A DNA stretch of 64,000 nucleotides from the IMG/VR virus record IMGVR_UViG_3300032007_000010. The stretch is one strand, 5' to 3'. The notes under the pieces were generated by a model that worked only from the letters and a program-made list of their open reading frames with translations, did not search any database and was not told where the DNA came from. Within the stretch, counting starts at the first letter, position 1; every line of letters starts with the position of its first letter. This document shows positions 8,540 through 16,858 of the stretch, one piece after another. This DNA is from a virus (lineage: Duplodnaviria > Caudoviricetes). The position numbers and the translations under genes are program-made.

Positions 8540-10900
8540 ATGAGCAAGAACAAGAAGAAATCGAAGGTCTCTCTGGACAAATCTGTCGCAGAAGCCGCTC
8601 TCTACACGGGAGAGGATCTGGACGAGGATGGTTTCTTCATCCTCAAACCGACAGATGAGGGAAGGAAGCGCATCGATTCCAACAAACCAAAGCTCCGCGT
8701 CATCGAGGCCGAAGATTTCGAGCAGAACAAGGTGCTTCGAGAGATTGGCTATGACATTGAGCCGATCAGTGACATGGTGGATCGCATCGAGGATCACATT
8801 CGCCAGAACCGTTTCACCAAAGGCATTTCCGAATTCGACGCGCGCACCTTCGCCGGTTTCATCACCGAGCTCGAGAAGCTCAATCCGGAGGATAAGAATC
8901 CCGCGATCAAGCCGATGTTCGAGATTGCCCGCCGACTGATCACCATCGGAAAGTCGTACTACGAGTATGATACCGAGGTGCGAAACATCTTTTCGGATCG
9001 TCAGTATGACGCGCTCATCTCCATGTACAACAAGACCGGAAATCCCGAACCCACCGGCATCATTCCGAAGGGTCACAAAACTCTTCAGAAGGCGGCGCAG
9101 ACCTACAAGACGCTGCACAATAACATGGACAAGTGCTATATCATCCACGACGGTGAACCGATTCCGGAAGGCGTGAAGGAAACAGATTCGGTGCAGTCGT
9201 TCCTGACGAGGGTCTACAAAGAGTGTGATATTCCGCACAGCGTGCAAATCACCGTGGATCTTTCGCCGAAGGAGGATGGCGTCTCCGTCAATGGTACGGT
9301 CCACAATGGCAAGCTTCGCGGACCACAGACCCGCGGAGATGCGAACGAATCGGTGGTGGTGATCGGACTCAACAACGTCACGATTGCCGACGAGAAACTT
9401 GACCATGATGATTTCGGGATCCAGTTCGAGGCAATCTGTACCCGCGAGAATGCCAAGAAGGCGGAAGAGTATCTCAAGCTCGAGACTCCCTACGCATCTC
9501 CGAGACATGCCGCGGCCGGAATCATCCACAGGCTCAGCACCATGGAGGATTCCTACCTTGCGAGTCTCATCAGCCTGTATCCGATCAATTCCGAGGGTCT
9601 CGAAGGTACCTATCTTGAGAGAATGGACTTTCTGCGGAATTTTGCACTGATGCCCGCGGATACCCCCTCCAGAAGGCTCGTGACGGGCAATTTCGAAGAA
9701 CTCTTGTCCCAGATTCAAAAATACTTCGAGGAAATGATCGATGCACGTTCCGAGCTCGGTCATTCCATCGACGGCATTGTGATCAGCATCGCCAACGACG
9801 AATATCAGGAGCGCATGGGCAGACTCGGTCGCACCAATAAATGGCAGATTGCGCTCAAGTTCAATCCGGCTTCCGAGAATTCCAAGGCGAGCTATATCCG
9901 TCTGGATTCTGGACGCAAAGGATATCGAACCCTGCAACTCTATCTCGAGCATCCGGTTCTGCTCGATGGCGTCGAATATGATCATGTGCCAATCTTGTCC
10001 ACGCGTCTATTCAAGGAACACAATCTCCGGCATGGCACCGTGGTCAACATCCATCGAGTCGGCGATGTGATCCCGGCAATCAGCGTGGTCGAAGAGGGCA
10101 AGGGCGAGAGACTCAGGCTCCCGGAGGTTTGTCCGAGCTGTGGCAAACGCCTCGTGATCAAGAACGAGAAGCTCTACTGCGACAATGATCGTTGTCCCGA
10201 CAATCTCGTAGGGCTCCTCGTTGGGTTCTTCGAAACCATGGGCATGGACGGCTATTCGGATTCCTTCGCACGCCTCCTCATCGAGAAGATGCATGTGACG
10301 TCGATCGGAGATCTGCTCGACCTCGAAGATGAGGACTTCAGGAAGGCCGATTGTCTCGGTGCACTATCCGTCGGAGTCGCTGATCTGCTCACCAAGGCAA
10401 TCGAATCCAAGCGAGATTTTGAGATTCTCGGCGCGATGGGTATTCCAAACATGGGTTCCGCCAGAGCCCAGAAGTTTATCCAGGCGTTTGCCGAGGACAT
10501 CGATTGGACCGAAGAGGGGCCGGAGCTCATGCTCACGAACAAGTCCAAGGTCACAAAGGCTCTCAGCTTCGCACTCGCACCTTCGATGTTTGAGGACGCC
10601 AATGAGTTCTACTGGGGACACTGGTTCCAGAAATCCTGGAAGGCTCTCATTCCTCACATCAAGAAGAGGGTCAGCGGAGGAAAGGAGAAGATTACTCGGG
10701 TTGGACATCATGGTGGCAAGCTCAGTGCCGAAGTCCGCGCCGTCTGTGATAAGAACGGATTCATCATCACGGACGGTTCTGGTTTCGACATTCTCATCAC
10801 CACATCGCTCTCCGGAGGAGGAACCAAGATGAACCGAGCGAGGAAGTTGAACCTTCCTATCTATCTTCCCGAGAGCTTCATTGGGCAGTATGGTGCCTGA
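8540..10900 (+). CDS. ligA: NAD-dependent DNA ligase
   Basis: YY...SD.QYD domain Ia, SPKEDG adenylation motif, TRGD, IDGIV, IALKF, GDVIP, CPSC...C...C zinc finger, C-terminal BRCT-like region. Confidence 0.93.
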   Translation: MSKNKKKSKVSLDKSVAEAALYTGEDLDEDGFFILKPTDEGRKRIDSNKPKLRVIEAEDFEQNKVLREIGYDIEPISDMVDRIEDHIRQNRFTKGISEFDARTFAGFITELEKLNPEDKNPAIKPMFEIARRLITIGKSYYEYDTEVRNIFSDRQYDALISMYNKTGNPEPTGIIPKGHKTLQKAAQTYKTLHNNMDKCYIIHDGEPIPEGVKETDSVQSFLTRVYKECDIPHSVQITVDLSPKEDGVSVNGTVHNGKLRGPQTRGDANESVVVIGLNNVTIADEKLDHDDFGIQFEAICTRENAKKAEEYLKLETPYASPRHAAAGIIHRLSTMEDSYLASLISLYPINSEGLEGTYLERMDFLRNFALMPADTPSRRLVTGNFEELLSQIQKYFEEMIDARSELGHSIDGIVISIANDEYQERMGRLGRTNKWQIALKFNPASENSKASYIRLDSGRKGYRTLQLYLEHPVLLDGVEYDHVPILSTRLFKEHNLRHGTVVNIHRVGDVIPAISVVEEGKGERLRLPEVCPSCGKRLVIKNEKLYCDNDRCPDNLVGLLVGFFETMGMDGYSDSFARLLIEKMHVTSIGDLLDLEDEDFRKADCLGALSVGVADLLTKAIESKRDFEILGAMGIPNMGSARAQKFIQAFAEDIDWTEEGPELMLTNKSKVTKALSFALAPSMFEDANEFYWGHWFQKSWKALIPHIKKRVSGGKEKITRVGHHGGKLSAEVRAVCDKNGFIITDGSGFDILITTSLSGGGTKMNRARKLNLPIYLPESFIGQYGA

Positions 10901-10922
10901 ATTAGAAACTGACAAGGGGGTA

Positions 10923-10933
10923 ACATATTTATA
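10923..10933 (+). promoter_or_regulatory. Class L promoter driving a non-coding region
   Basis: ACA-TATT-TATA; no RBS-supported ORF downstream before the terminator. Confidence 0.65.
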
Positions 10934-11410
10934 GATGTCAGTTGAAAAATCCGGATGCGGACGGCTGGCGCTTCTAGGTGCCCCTGCAACCTGCTCCCGG
11001 TCGAGGGAGTGGGGACCGGGTGTTACCGGAATTTCGGCACCAAGTTGGCTGTCCGTGTCGTTCTTGTGTGGTGGTAGATCCCCTCCCTGGAGCGCATAGG
11101 CGATCCTGTGGCCATAAGTAGCTGGGTACATTCTATGGGGTGTGCTGATGGTGAAAAAGGTGGTTCAGGGGCGAGCCAGATGGTAGACTTCGTGGGCTAC
11201 TTCTGGTGAAAGATGGGTTATCCCAGGCCAGGGTTTGGAAACATCATCACATGTTGAATCATCAGATGATCAACACGCAGTTACCCATAGTCATAACGAT
11301 TCTTTCGACGATGTGTGAGCATTGGTATAGTCACAATCGCCGTGTGGTTATCAAAGCTTTGAATGAACCAAGTTGCAACGCGGGAGGAGTCAAACGGCTC
11401 CTCCCTCATT
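10933..11410 (+). ncRNA. Putative large (~475 nt) structured non-coding RNA of unknown class
   Basis: Promoter, terminator 11382-11405, and several GU-containing helices (10954-68/11045-59, 10977-82/11036-41, 11133-39/11284-90, 11146-53/11242-49, 11176-11206, 11252-75). Confidence 0.65.
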
Positions 11411-11430
11411 ACATTTTCACAGTAACGAAT

Positions 11431-11441
11431 ACATTATTATA
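11431..11441 (+). promoter_or_regulatory. Class L promoter
   Basis: ACA-TTAT-TATA. Confidence 0.65.
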
Positions 11442-11525
11442 CCTGGAAAGGGGTGATGTGGTGTAGCATGCACAGCACTCCCACCGCAGACAAAAAGTGA
11501 TCACTAAACACAGGAGGAACAAGAC

Positions 11526-12260
11526 ATGTCTGAATTGACCATCAAAGCATTCGTTGCACAGGAGCATTCTGCCTTTGAGAACTTCACCGGCGTCATGGCG
11601 GCTCGCATCGAGGAGGCCTGGACTCGCAGTCTGGCCAAGCGCATGAAGGAGCAGCTCGCCGAGAAGGATCGTGCGGTCGTCGCGCTTCCCTGGGGTACCT
11701 ACTATGCTGAAAAGATCGCCAAGGGTGAGGCCGGCAACATCGCCCCGAAGTGGGAGCCGAGCAAGGGCTTCCGCCAGATCCTCAACAATGACATCCAGGA
11801 TCCCACCGAGCGTTCCGCCGCGGTCAACATGGACGAGATCGATGCGCGCTTCATCCAGCTCTTCCGCGAGTTCGTCGCCTATGGCTGCTTTGACCACGAC
11901 GATCCTGCCAAGAAGGATGACCTGGCCAAGAACAAGGGTATTCGCATCGGCGACAACGAGGCCAACTATTTCCTCAACGAGTATGCGCTGGTGCTGGCGA
12001 ACCTTGCTCGTGAGAAGCAGCGTGATGGGAAGATCTTCCGCCTCGAGATCAACAATGGTTTCGCGCACGGCGTCTTCGACTTCACGTATGACGATGACGA
12101 GGTCAAGGTTACCTGGACCGCGGACAAGACCTTCAAGCAGATGCTCAAGGACGACGAGTCGGCCGCGCACATCGACGATGGTCGGTTTGCCGAGGTCGTC
12201 GGTAGCCGTCGCATCGAGACAGATCTCGAGACCGGCAAGCAGACCGTCACCGACAACTAA
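11526..12260 (+). CDS. Highly expressed protein, possibly tandem HU/IHF-like DNA-binding domains
   Basis: Strongly biased codons; LPWGTY...APKWEPSKGFRQIL and GVFDF...VTWTADKTFKQML both resemble the HU GxF...PxFxPxKxLK pattern. Confidence 0.5.
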   Translation: MSELTIKAFVAQEHSAFENFTGVMAARIEEAWTRSLAKRMKEQLAEKDRAVVALPWGTYYAEKIAKGEAGNIAPKWEPSKGFRQILNNDIQDPTERSAAVNMDEIDARFIQLFREFVAYGCFDHDDPAKKDDLAKNKGIRIGDNEANYFLNEYALVLANLAREKQRDGKIFRLEINNGFAHGVFDFTYDDDEVKVTWTADKTFKQMLKDDESAAHIDDGRFAEVVGSRRIETDLETGKQTVTDN

Positions 12261-12296
12261 CCGAACGGATCGAGGATCTCGATCCAAACAAAACGA

Positions 12297-12338
12297 TCCG
12301 GTGGGCTCAGCCATGCTGTGTCCACCGGATTTCTTTTT
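12297..12338 (+). terminator. Terminator
   Basis: TCCGGTGG...CCACCGGA plus T-run. Confidence 0.7.
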
Positions 12339-12398
12339 AGAGAATCAACAATGAGGCACCCGGTTCGGGTGCCATGTTTTCACATTCGGGATTCATCC

Positions 12399-12408
12399 AT
12401 ATATTATA
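12399..12408 (+). promoter_or_regulatory. Class E promoter
   Basis: ATATATTATA. Confidence 0.7.
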
Positions 12409-12439
12409 CTTGTGACAATTCGAGAAAGGAGATTTCCCA

Positions 12440-13261
12440 ATGTCCAAGAATAAGGATCCGCTGGATATGCTGGTGAACAATCATACCGTCCAGCGAGAAA
12501 TACTAAGGTATGACAATCATGATTACTTCAAGAACCGCATATGGCAATATATGCTGTTGCACAGATCCATGAATGGCAAGTCCCTGGCAGGATGGAGACG
12601 TTCTGATCACGTCGCAGCGACCGGAATTCATGTGGTTGTTGCCAAAAATGCGATACGTGTTGCCTTTTTGACCTCGGATAACATGATAGTCTGCTACAGA
12701 CTCACACTCTCGGGTCTCGCAGAGGACGACATGTATTGTCATGAGCAACTCATCGATGCCGAGATGCTCCATGATACCGCATCCTTCGTCTTTGCCGACA
12801 CCAACGACATCGAAATGCTGAGCACCGAGATTGAGCAGGGGCTTTTGGTGGAGCATGAGCACGAGGTTCATGATCAAGACGGCTTCGTTCTGCTTCGCAT
12901 GCGCAAAGACGACATCTTCGATAGGATCCCTGATATCATCGTCTACTATTCCAGCGAATTGAAGAAGGGTGATATGGCATACATCAATGGAAACTTCATC
13001 ACCACCATGATCGCACTCAAGTTTCCGGCCGCAAACATATCACATCACACCTTCACCCACAACAGCTGGATCACCGGCTATGGATACAATGTCAATGCCA
13101 AGCTCGTCGAAGAGATTCTCCGCGATGTGCGCATGTCGGATAAGGATAGCGTGCTGCGTGTCGAAGATATGGCCATGGCGCTAAACATCTTTGCGTCAGC
13201 CACTACCACCCCATCAAATGCCTACCAAGCACAGGCTCTCTACGATGGCGATCCATTCTAG
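12440..13261 (+). CDS. Hypothetical protein with DQDGFVLL motif
   Basis: AAAGGAG RBS, class E promoter. Confidence 0.75.
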   Translation: MSKNKDPLDMLVNNHTVQREILRYDNHDYFKNRIWQYMLLHRSMNGKSLAGWRRSDHVAATGIHVVVAKNAIRVAFLTSDNMIVCYRLTLSGLAEDDMYCHEQLIDAEMLHDTASFVFADTNDIEMLSTEIEQGLLVEHEHEVHDQDGFVLLRMRKDDIFDRIPDIIVYYSSELKKGDMAYINGNFITTMIALKFPAANISHHTFTHNSWITGYGYNVNAKLVEEILRDVRMSDKDSVLRVEDMAMALNIFASATTTPSNAYQAQALYDGDPF

Positions 13262-13302
13262 AAGCGAACACCGAACATATAGATTTTTGGAGTGATAGCA
13301 GC

Positions 13303-15186
13303 ATGAGAGATTTTCTGGCAGAATATTGCAAGAAGAATGAAAAGAAGATAAACCCTGACCTGTTCAATCGCACATTCGATAAACCGCTGGTGGATTACAT
13401 CGTTGATACCTTCAAGAATCTCGAGGTATTGCCCGCGGTCAAGCTGAGATCCTGGGAATACATCACGGATCAGACCCAGATCCACACCTATGTCAACAAG
13501 CGCAACAAGCGCGATGTCAAGATCAAAAACAACAAGATTCTCGAACGGCTCTATACCATGGACGATTCGATCTACGACCTCTTGGTATTGCATTTTGAGC
13601 TCAAGGTAAAGGGTCAGCGAGCGGATATCGTTCGTCGTGTCTGGGTGCCCAAGGTGGTGGATGGGCACTACTATCTTCGCTCGGGCAAAAAGGTTCTCCC
13701 GCTCATCCAGATCGTGGACAATTCCACCTTCGTAAAGCAGGGCAACAAGAAGGAGGACAATGTTCTCAACTTCAAGACGACGCTGTATCCGATCAAGATC
13801 TATGCGATTCCGACCAAGATCAGCATCCTGGATCATGCCAAAGATGTCATCTGGAAGATTCCGCTCTTCCAGGTCGATCTCTTCACCAAACCCACGAATC
13901 CGCTGCTGTATTTCCTGGCCGAATACGGCATCGAGTCCACACTCGAGATGTTCAACCTCGAGGAGCTCGTTGCCATCACCCATGATGTGCTTGATCCGGA
14001 TCGGTACATGTATACGAAGATCAACAATCACGTGTACATCGAGGTGAACCGCAAGGCATTCTTTGCACATGAGTTTATCCCGCGCTTCGTGGTGACGCTG
14101 CACAATGCCCTCGCCGAGGACAAGCAGAAGCTCACGCTGCAGGATGTCTTTGATCGGGACTATTGGCTCGGTCGTCTCTCCGAGGTATTCTCGAAGAAGA
14201 GAAACCCGAACAAGGGTGAACGCGTGCTCATATCCTTCAAGAAGGTCATGGATCCATACACGAAGAAGCGTCTTCCACTGAAGAAATACCAGAAGAAGAA
14301 CACCTTCACCGTGATGAAGTGGATGCTGACAAACTTCGAGGACCTGCTCAAAAAGGACTCGAATGATTTGGCAACCAAGCGCATGCGCGCCAATGAGACC
14401 CAGGCATTCTTCATCGATTCCTACGTGACGAAAAATGTGAACAGTTTGCTCAACACGGATGATCCGTCCTTCGATCGGTACATGCGTCTATTCAATGCGA
14501 TATCCGAGGACATTGTGCTGAGATCGTCGCATTCGTCGGGAGGGAAATCCTCGCAGACATCGATGTTCCGCTTCGAGCGCTACAATGATTTCACCGCGCT
14601 GGAGCTCTCGCGTTTCACGCTCAAGGGACCGACCGGTCTCAACGGCGGAAAGAAGAAGACCAATCTCAAATATCGTGACATCTATCCGTCTCACCTTGGC
14701 AGGTTCGATCCGAACGTGTGCTCTTCGAGCGATCCAGGACTCACCGGATATCTCTGCATCAATGTTCAGTTCGATGAGAATGGATACTTCGATTCCAAGT
14801 CGGGGAAGTCGGAACCGAATGGGTACGAAGACTCCATCGACAAGGTGATCGAAAAGTATGCCGAACCTGGCTATGCACAGAAACGAGCCGACATCAAACA
14901 GAACGAGCTCAACCGCGATGCTGATGGTTTCATCGTTCTCCACCGTCGCAAATCGCAGAAGGAGATGACGGAGGAGTTCAACAAGAACCCGTGGAAGTAT
15001 GGTCTATATGATGCGGGAGATTATCTACTGCTTCAGCCGCGCTTCGAGGGACAACGTGATCCGAAGGGATTCATGATGCTCCAGCCAAGACGCAAGGAGC
15101 GGCACAAGCTCTTCGAGACCGAACCGCTGCGTGATAGCGAGGGCTTCCTCGTGCTCACCAAGCTCGAAAAGGGCAAGAAGAAATAA
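13303..15186 (+). CDS. rpoB: Phage RNA polymerase beta subunit, N-terminal piece (probably non-virion RNAP)
   Basis: P...DGHYYL.G, GPTGL, RDIYPSHLGRFDP..CSSSDPGLTGYL (beta region D, H.GR.C...TPE..GL equivalent). Confidence 0.85.
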   Translation: MRDFLAEYCKKNEKKINPDLFNRTFDKPLVDYIVDTFKNLEVLPAVKLRSWEYITDQTQIHTYVNKRNKRDVKIKNNKILERLYTMDDSIYDLLVLHFELKVKGQRADIVRRVWVPKVVDGHYYLRSGKKVLPLIQIVDNSTFVKQGNKKEDNVLNFKTTLYPIKIYAIPTKISILDHAKDVIWKIPLFQVDLFTKPTNPLLYFLAEYGIESTLEMFNLEELVAITHDVLDPDRYMYTKINNHVYIEVNRKAFFAHEFIPRFVVTLHNALAEDKQKLTLQDVFDRDYWLGRLSEVFSKKRNPNKGERVLISFKKVMDPYTKKRLPLKKYQKKNTFTVMKWMLTNFEDLLKKDSNDLATKRMRANETQAFFIDSYVTKNVNSLLNTDDPSFDRYMRLFNAISEDIVLRSSHSSGGKSSQTSMFRFERYNDFTALELSRFTLKGPTGLNGGKKKTNLKYRDIYPSHLGRFDPNVCSSSDPGLTGYLCINVQFDENGYFDSKSGKSEPNGYEDSIDKVIEKYAEPGYAQKRADIKQNELNRDADGFIVLHRRKSQKEMTEEFNKNPWKYGLYDAGDYLLLQPRFEGQRDPKGFMMLQPRRKERHKLFETEPLRDSEGFLVLTKLEKGKKK

Positions 15187-15194
15187 CAACGATG

Positions 15195-15230
15195 AAGCTC
15201 CCCGGGTCTATTCCCGGGGAGCTTTATTTT
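15195..15230. terminator. Bidirectional terminator
   Basis: AAGCTCCCCGGG-tctatt-CCCGGGGAGCTT. Confidence 0.75.
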
Positions 15231-15234
15231 TATG

Positions 15235-15471
15235 CTACGTCACCTCGAATGCCCAGACACCATCGCTAATTTCCACGTAGTTCACTTTTCCTGCGATGGC
15301 AAGGTCGTCGAGGATATCATTGATCATGGCTCGATCATTGATTTGATACTCACGTTTGAGTTTGGCATAGAGATCCATCTGGTTGAAATAAGCCGGAAAG
15401 CTCAAGATCGTTTTCTCTATGATCTTTCCCATGTTCTTTTTAGTCAGCAACGTGCACAAGCCTCCAATCAA
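15235..15471 (-). CDS. Small hypothetical protein
   Basis: Abuts the upstream minus-strand gene; ends at the terminator; start uncertain. Confidence 0.55.
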   Translation of the reverse strand: MIGGLCTLLTKKNMGKIIEKTILSFPAYFNQMDLYAKLKREYQINDRAMINDILDDLAIAGKVNYVEISDGVWAFEVT

Positions 15472-16275
15472 TCATACCAGGTGATAGTACGAAGCGAATT
15501 GACGGTCCGGGAACGATTTGAGTCTAAGTTCCTTGAGATACTCTTCGCGCTCGGATTCTGCGTTGGACCAATCAAAGCGAAGCTGGAGATTGCCGGATGG
15601 TGTCACGATATCCTCAATGTATCTCAGCGAATGCCAGAGGTACTGTTTTACATCCAGCGATGCGAGCTTCATAAGATGTTCCTTGTACTCCTCCGGGACA
15701 CAATGCAGATTCGGATAGCTGCACTTGAACACGATCTCCGCCGTGGACATGAATGCATAGTTGCGAAGATATACGAGCGCGGTTCCAACACCGCTGGATC
15801 GAAGCTCATGGTACCTCTTCCACGGAAACGCGAAATCTGTCAGGGTACGGTTGTAGGTGTATTCTGAACCCATGAGCACCGCATCGAGCGTGATGTTGTT
15901 TCTGGAAGCGACGATGCTGGAATAGTATGAGCTGCTGTTCGGATCATAGGGATCGACCGTTGCACCATCTGCGGCTCCGGCCCAGCTATTATAGTCAATC
16001 TTCTCTATGCCGAGGATCTTGACACCCCACTTGACCAGTGTCGGATCTTCGATGTAGTATTCGTTGCCGAGCGTATGATTTGGGTTTGCAATCATCTCGT
16101 CCTTCTTGTCGATGGTCAGATAGTAGCGATATAGTCCGGGGAGATAGTTGCTGAAGGTGTCGAGCGTCCTTGTTTCGACGAGTTTCACGAGCACCGGCAA
16201 TGTGCTTTCGAGACCCAGCACGTCGAGTCCGAGGACGCGTTCGAACAGATCCTTGTAGAATCCTTGTACGTTCAT
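15472..16275 (-). CDS. Putative neck/head-completion virion protein (T4 gp13-like)
   Basis: Class L promoter, AAGGAGG RBS; C-terminal LA..DVK..L....Y..I.TP.G.L.L.W..AE.ER..L..L resembles neck adaptors. Confidence 0.5.
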   Translation of the reverse strand: MNVQGFYKDLFERVLGLDVLGLESTLPVLVKLVETRTLDTFSNYLPGLYRYYLTIDKKDEMIANPNHTLGNEYYIEDPTLVKWGVKILGIEKIDYNSWAGAADGATVDPYDPNSSSYYSSIVASRNNITLDAVLMGSEYTYNRTLTDFAFPWKRYHELRSSGVGTALVYLRNYAFMSTAEIVFKCSYPNLHCVPEEYKEHLMKLASLDVKQYLWHSLRYIEDIVTPSGNLQLRFDWSNAESEREEYLKELRLKSFPDRQFASYYHLV

Positions 16276-16310
16276 TATGAATAAAACCTCCTTCGGTGAA
16301 ATGTCTCTTA

Positions 16311-16321
16311 TATAGGGATGT
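16311..16321 (-). promoter_or_regulatory. Class L promoter
   Basis: ACA-TCCC-TATA on minus strand. Confidence 0.7.
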
Positions 16322-16345
16322 TCCGGTTTTTATGACCAGCGGATT

Positions 16346-16355
16346 ATATATTATA
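16346..16355 (+). promoter_or_regulatory. Class E promoter
   Basis: ATATATTATA. Confidence 0.7.
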
Positions 16356-16459
16356 GTGGTGAGATGGGATCAAAGAACCACCCATCCACACATTATCCAT
16401 TGCAAGAGGATATCAATAGATCTTGCTCTTCCGATCCGGAAGTAAAATGGAGGTATACG

Positions 16460-16855
16460 ATGGATAACAACATCAACAGCGCAACCTACGACGCCGTCCA
16501 GAGCGCGAAGCTGCTCCTCGGCAAGATGAAGCTCGAGGGACATTGGACCAACGATCATCAGTACGACCACAATCGCTTGGTGAGCTATCTCAAGGCCATG
16601 AGCTTCGAGGCACGCGTGGTGGCGAGCATGGGAGAATGGGTCCTCGAGAAGGGTTATTACACCTTTGTCTTCATGCCCAAGACCGCCGATGTGATCGAGC
16701 AGATCGAGTCCGGTAAATTCGACGAAGAGCGGGAATTGATCGGCTGGGTTGACGTGCGCATCCGCGAAGATACACACAGCGATTTGCCCAATCGTGGGTT
16801 CTACAACAGGTGCATCATCACCAACATCTCCACCGGCTACTGGAAGGAGGCGTGA
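16460..16855 (+). CDS. Hypothetical protein
   Basis: GGAGG RBS before ATG 16460. Confidence 0.7.
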   Translation: MDNNINSATYDAVQSAKLLLGKMKLEGHWTNDHQYDHNRLVSYLKAMSFEARVVASMGEWVLEKGYYTFVFMPKTADVIEQIESGKFDEERELIGWVDVRIREDTHSDLPNRGFYNRCIITNISTGYWKEA

Positions 16856-16858
16856 GCG

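Noticed and set aside
10933-11410. Identification of the large RNA as tmRNA, RNase P, SRP or an intron
   Set aside because: No tRNA-like ends or T-loop, no GAGGAAAGUCC, no SRP loop, no P7 or domain V; flanking genes are complete
11206-11466. 86-aa ORF inside the intergenic gap
   Set aside because: No RBS, atypical codons, and it runs through a terminator and the next promoter
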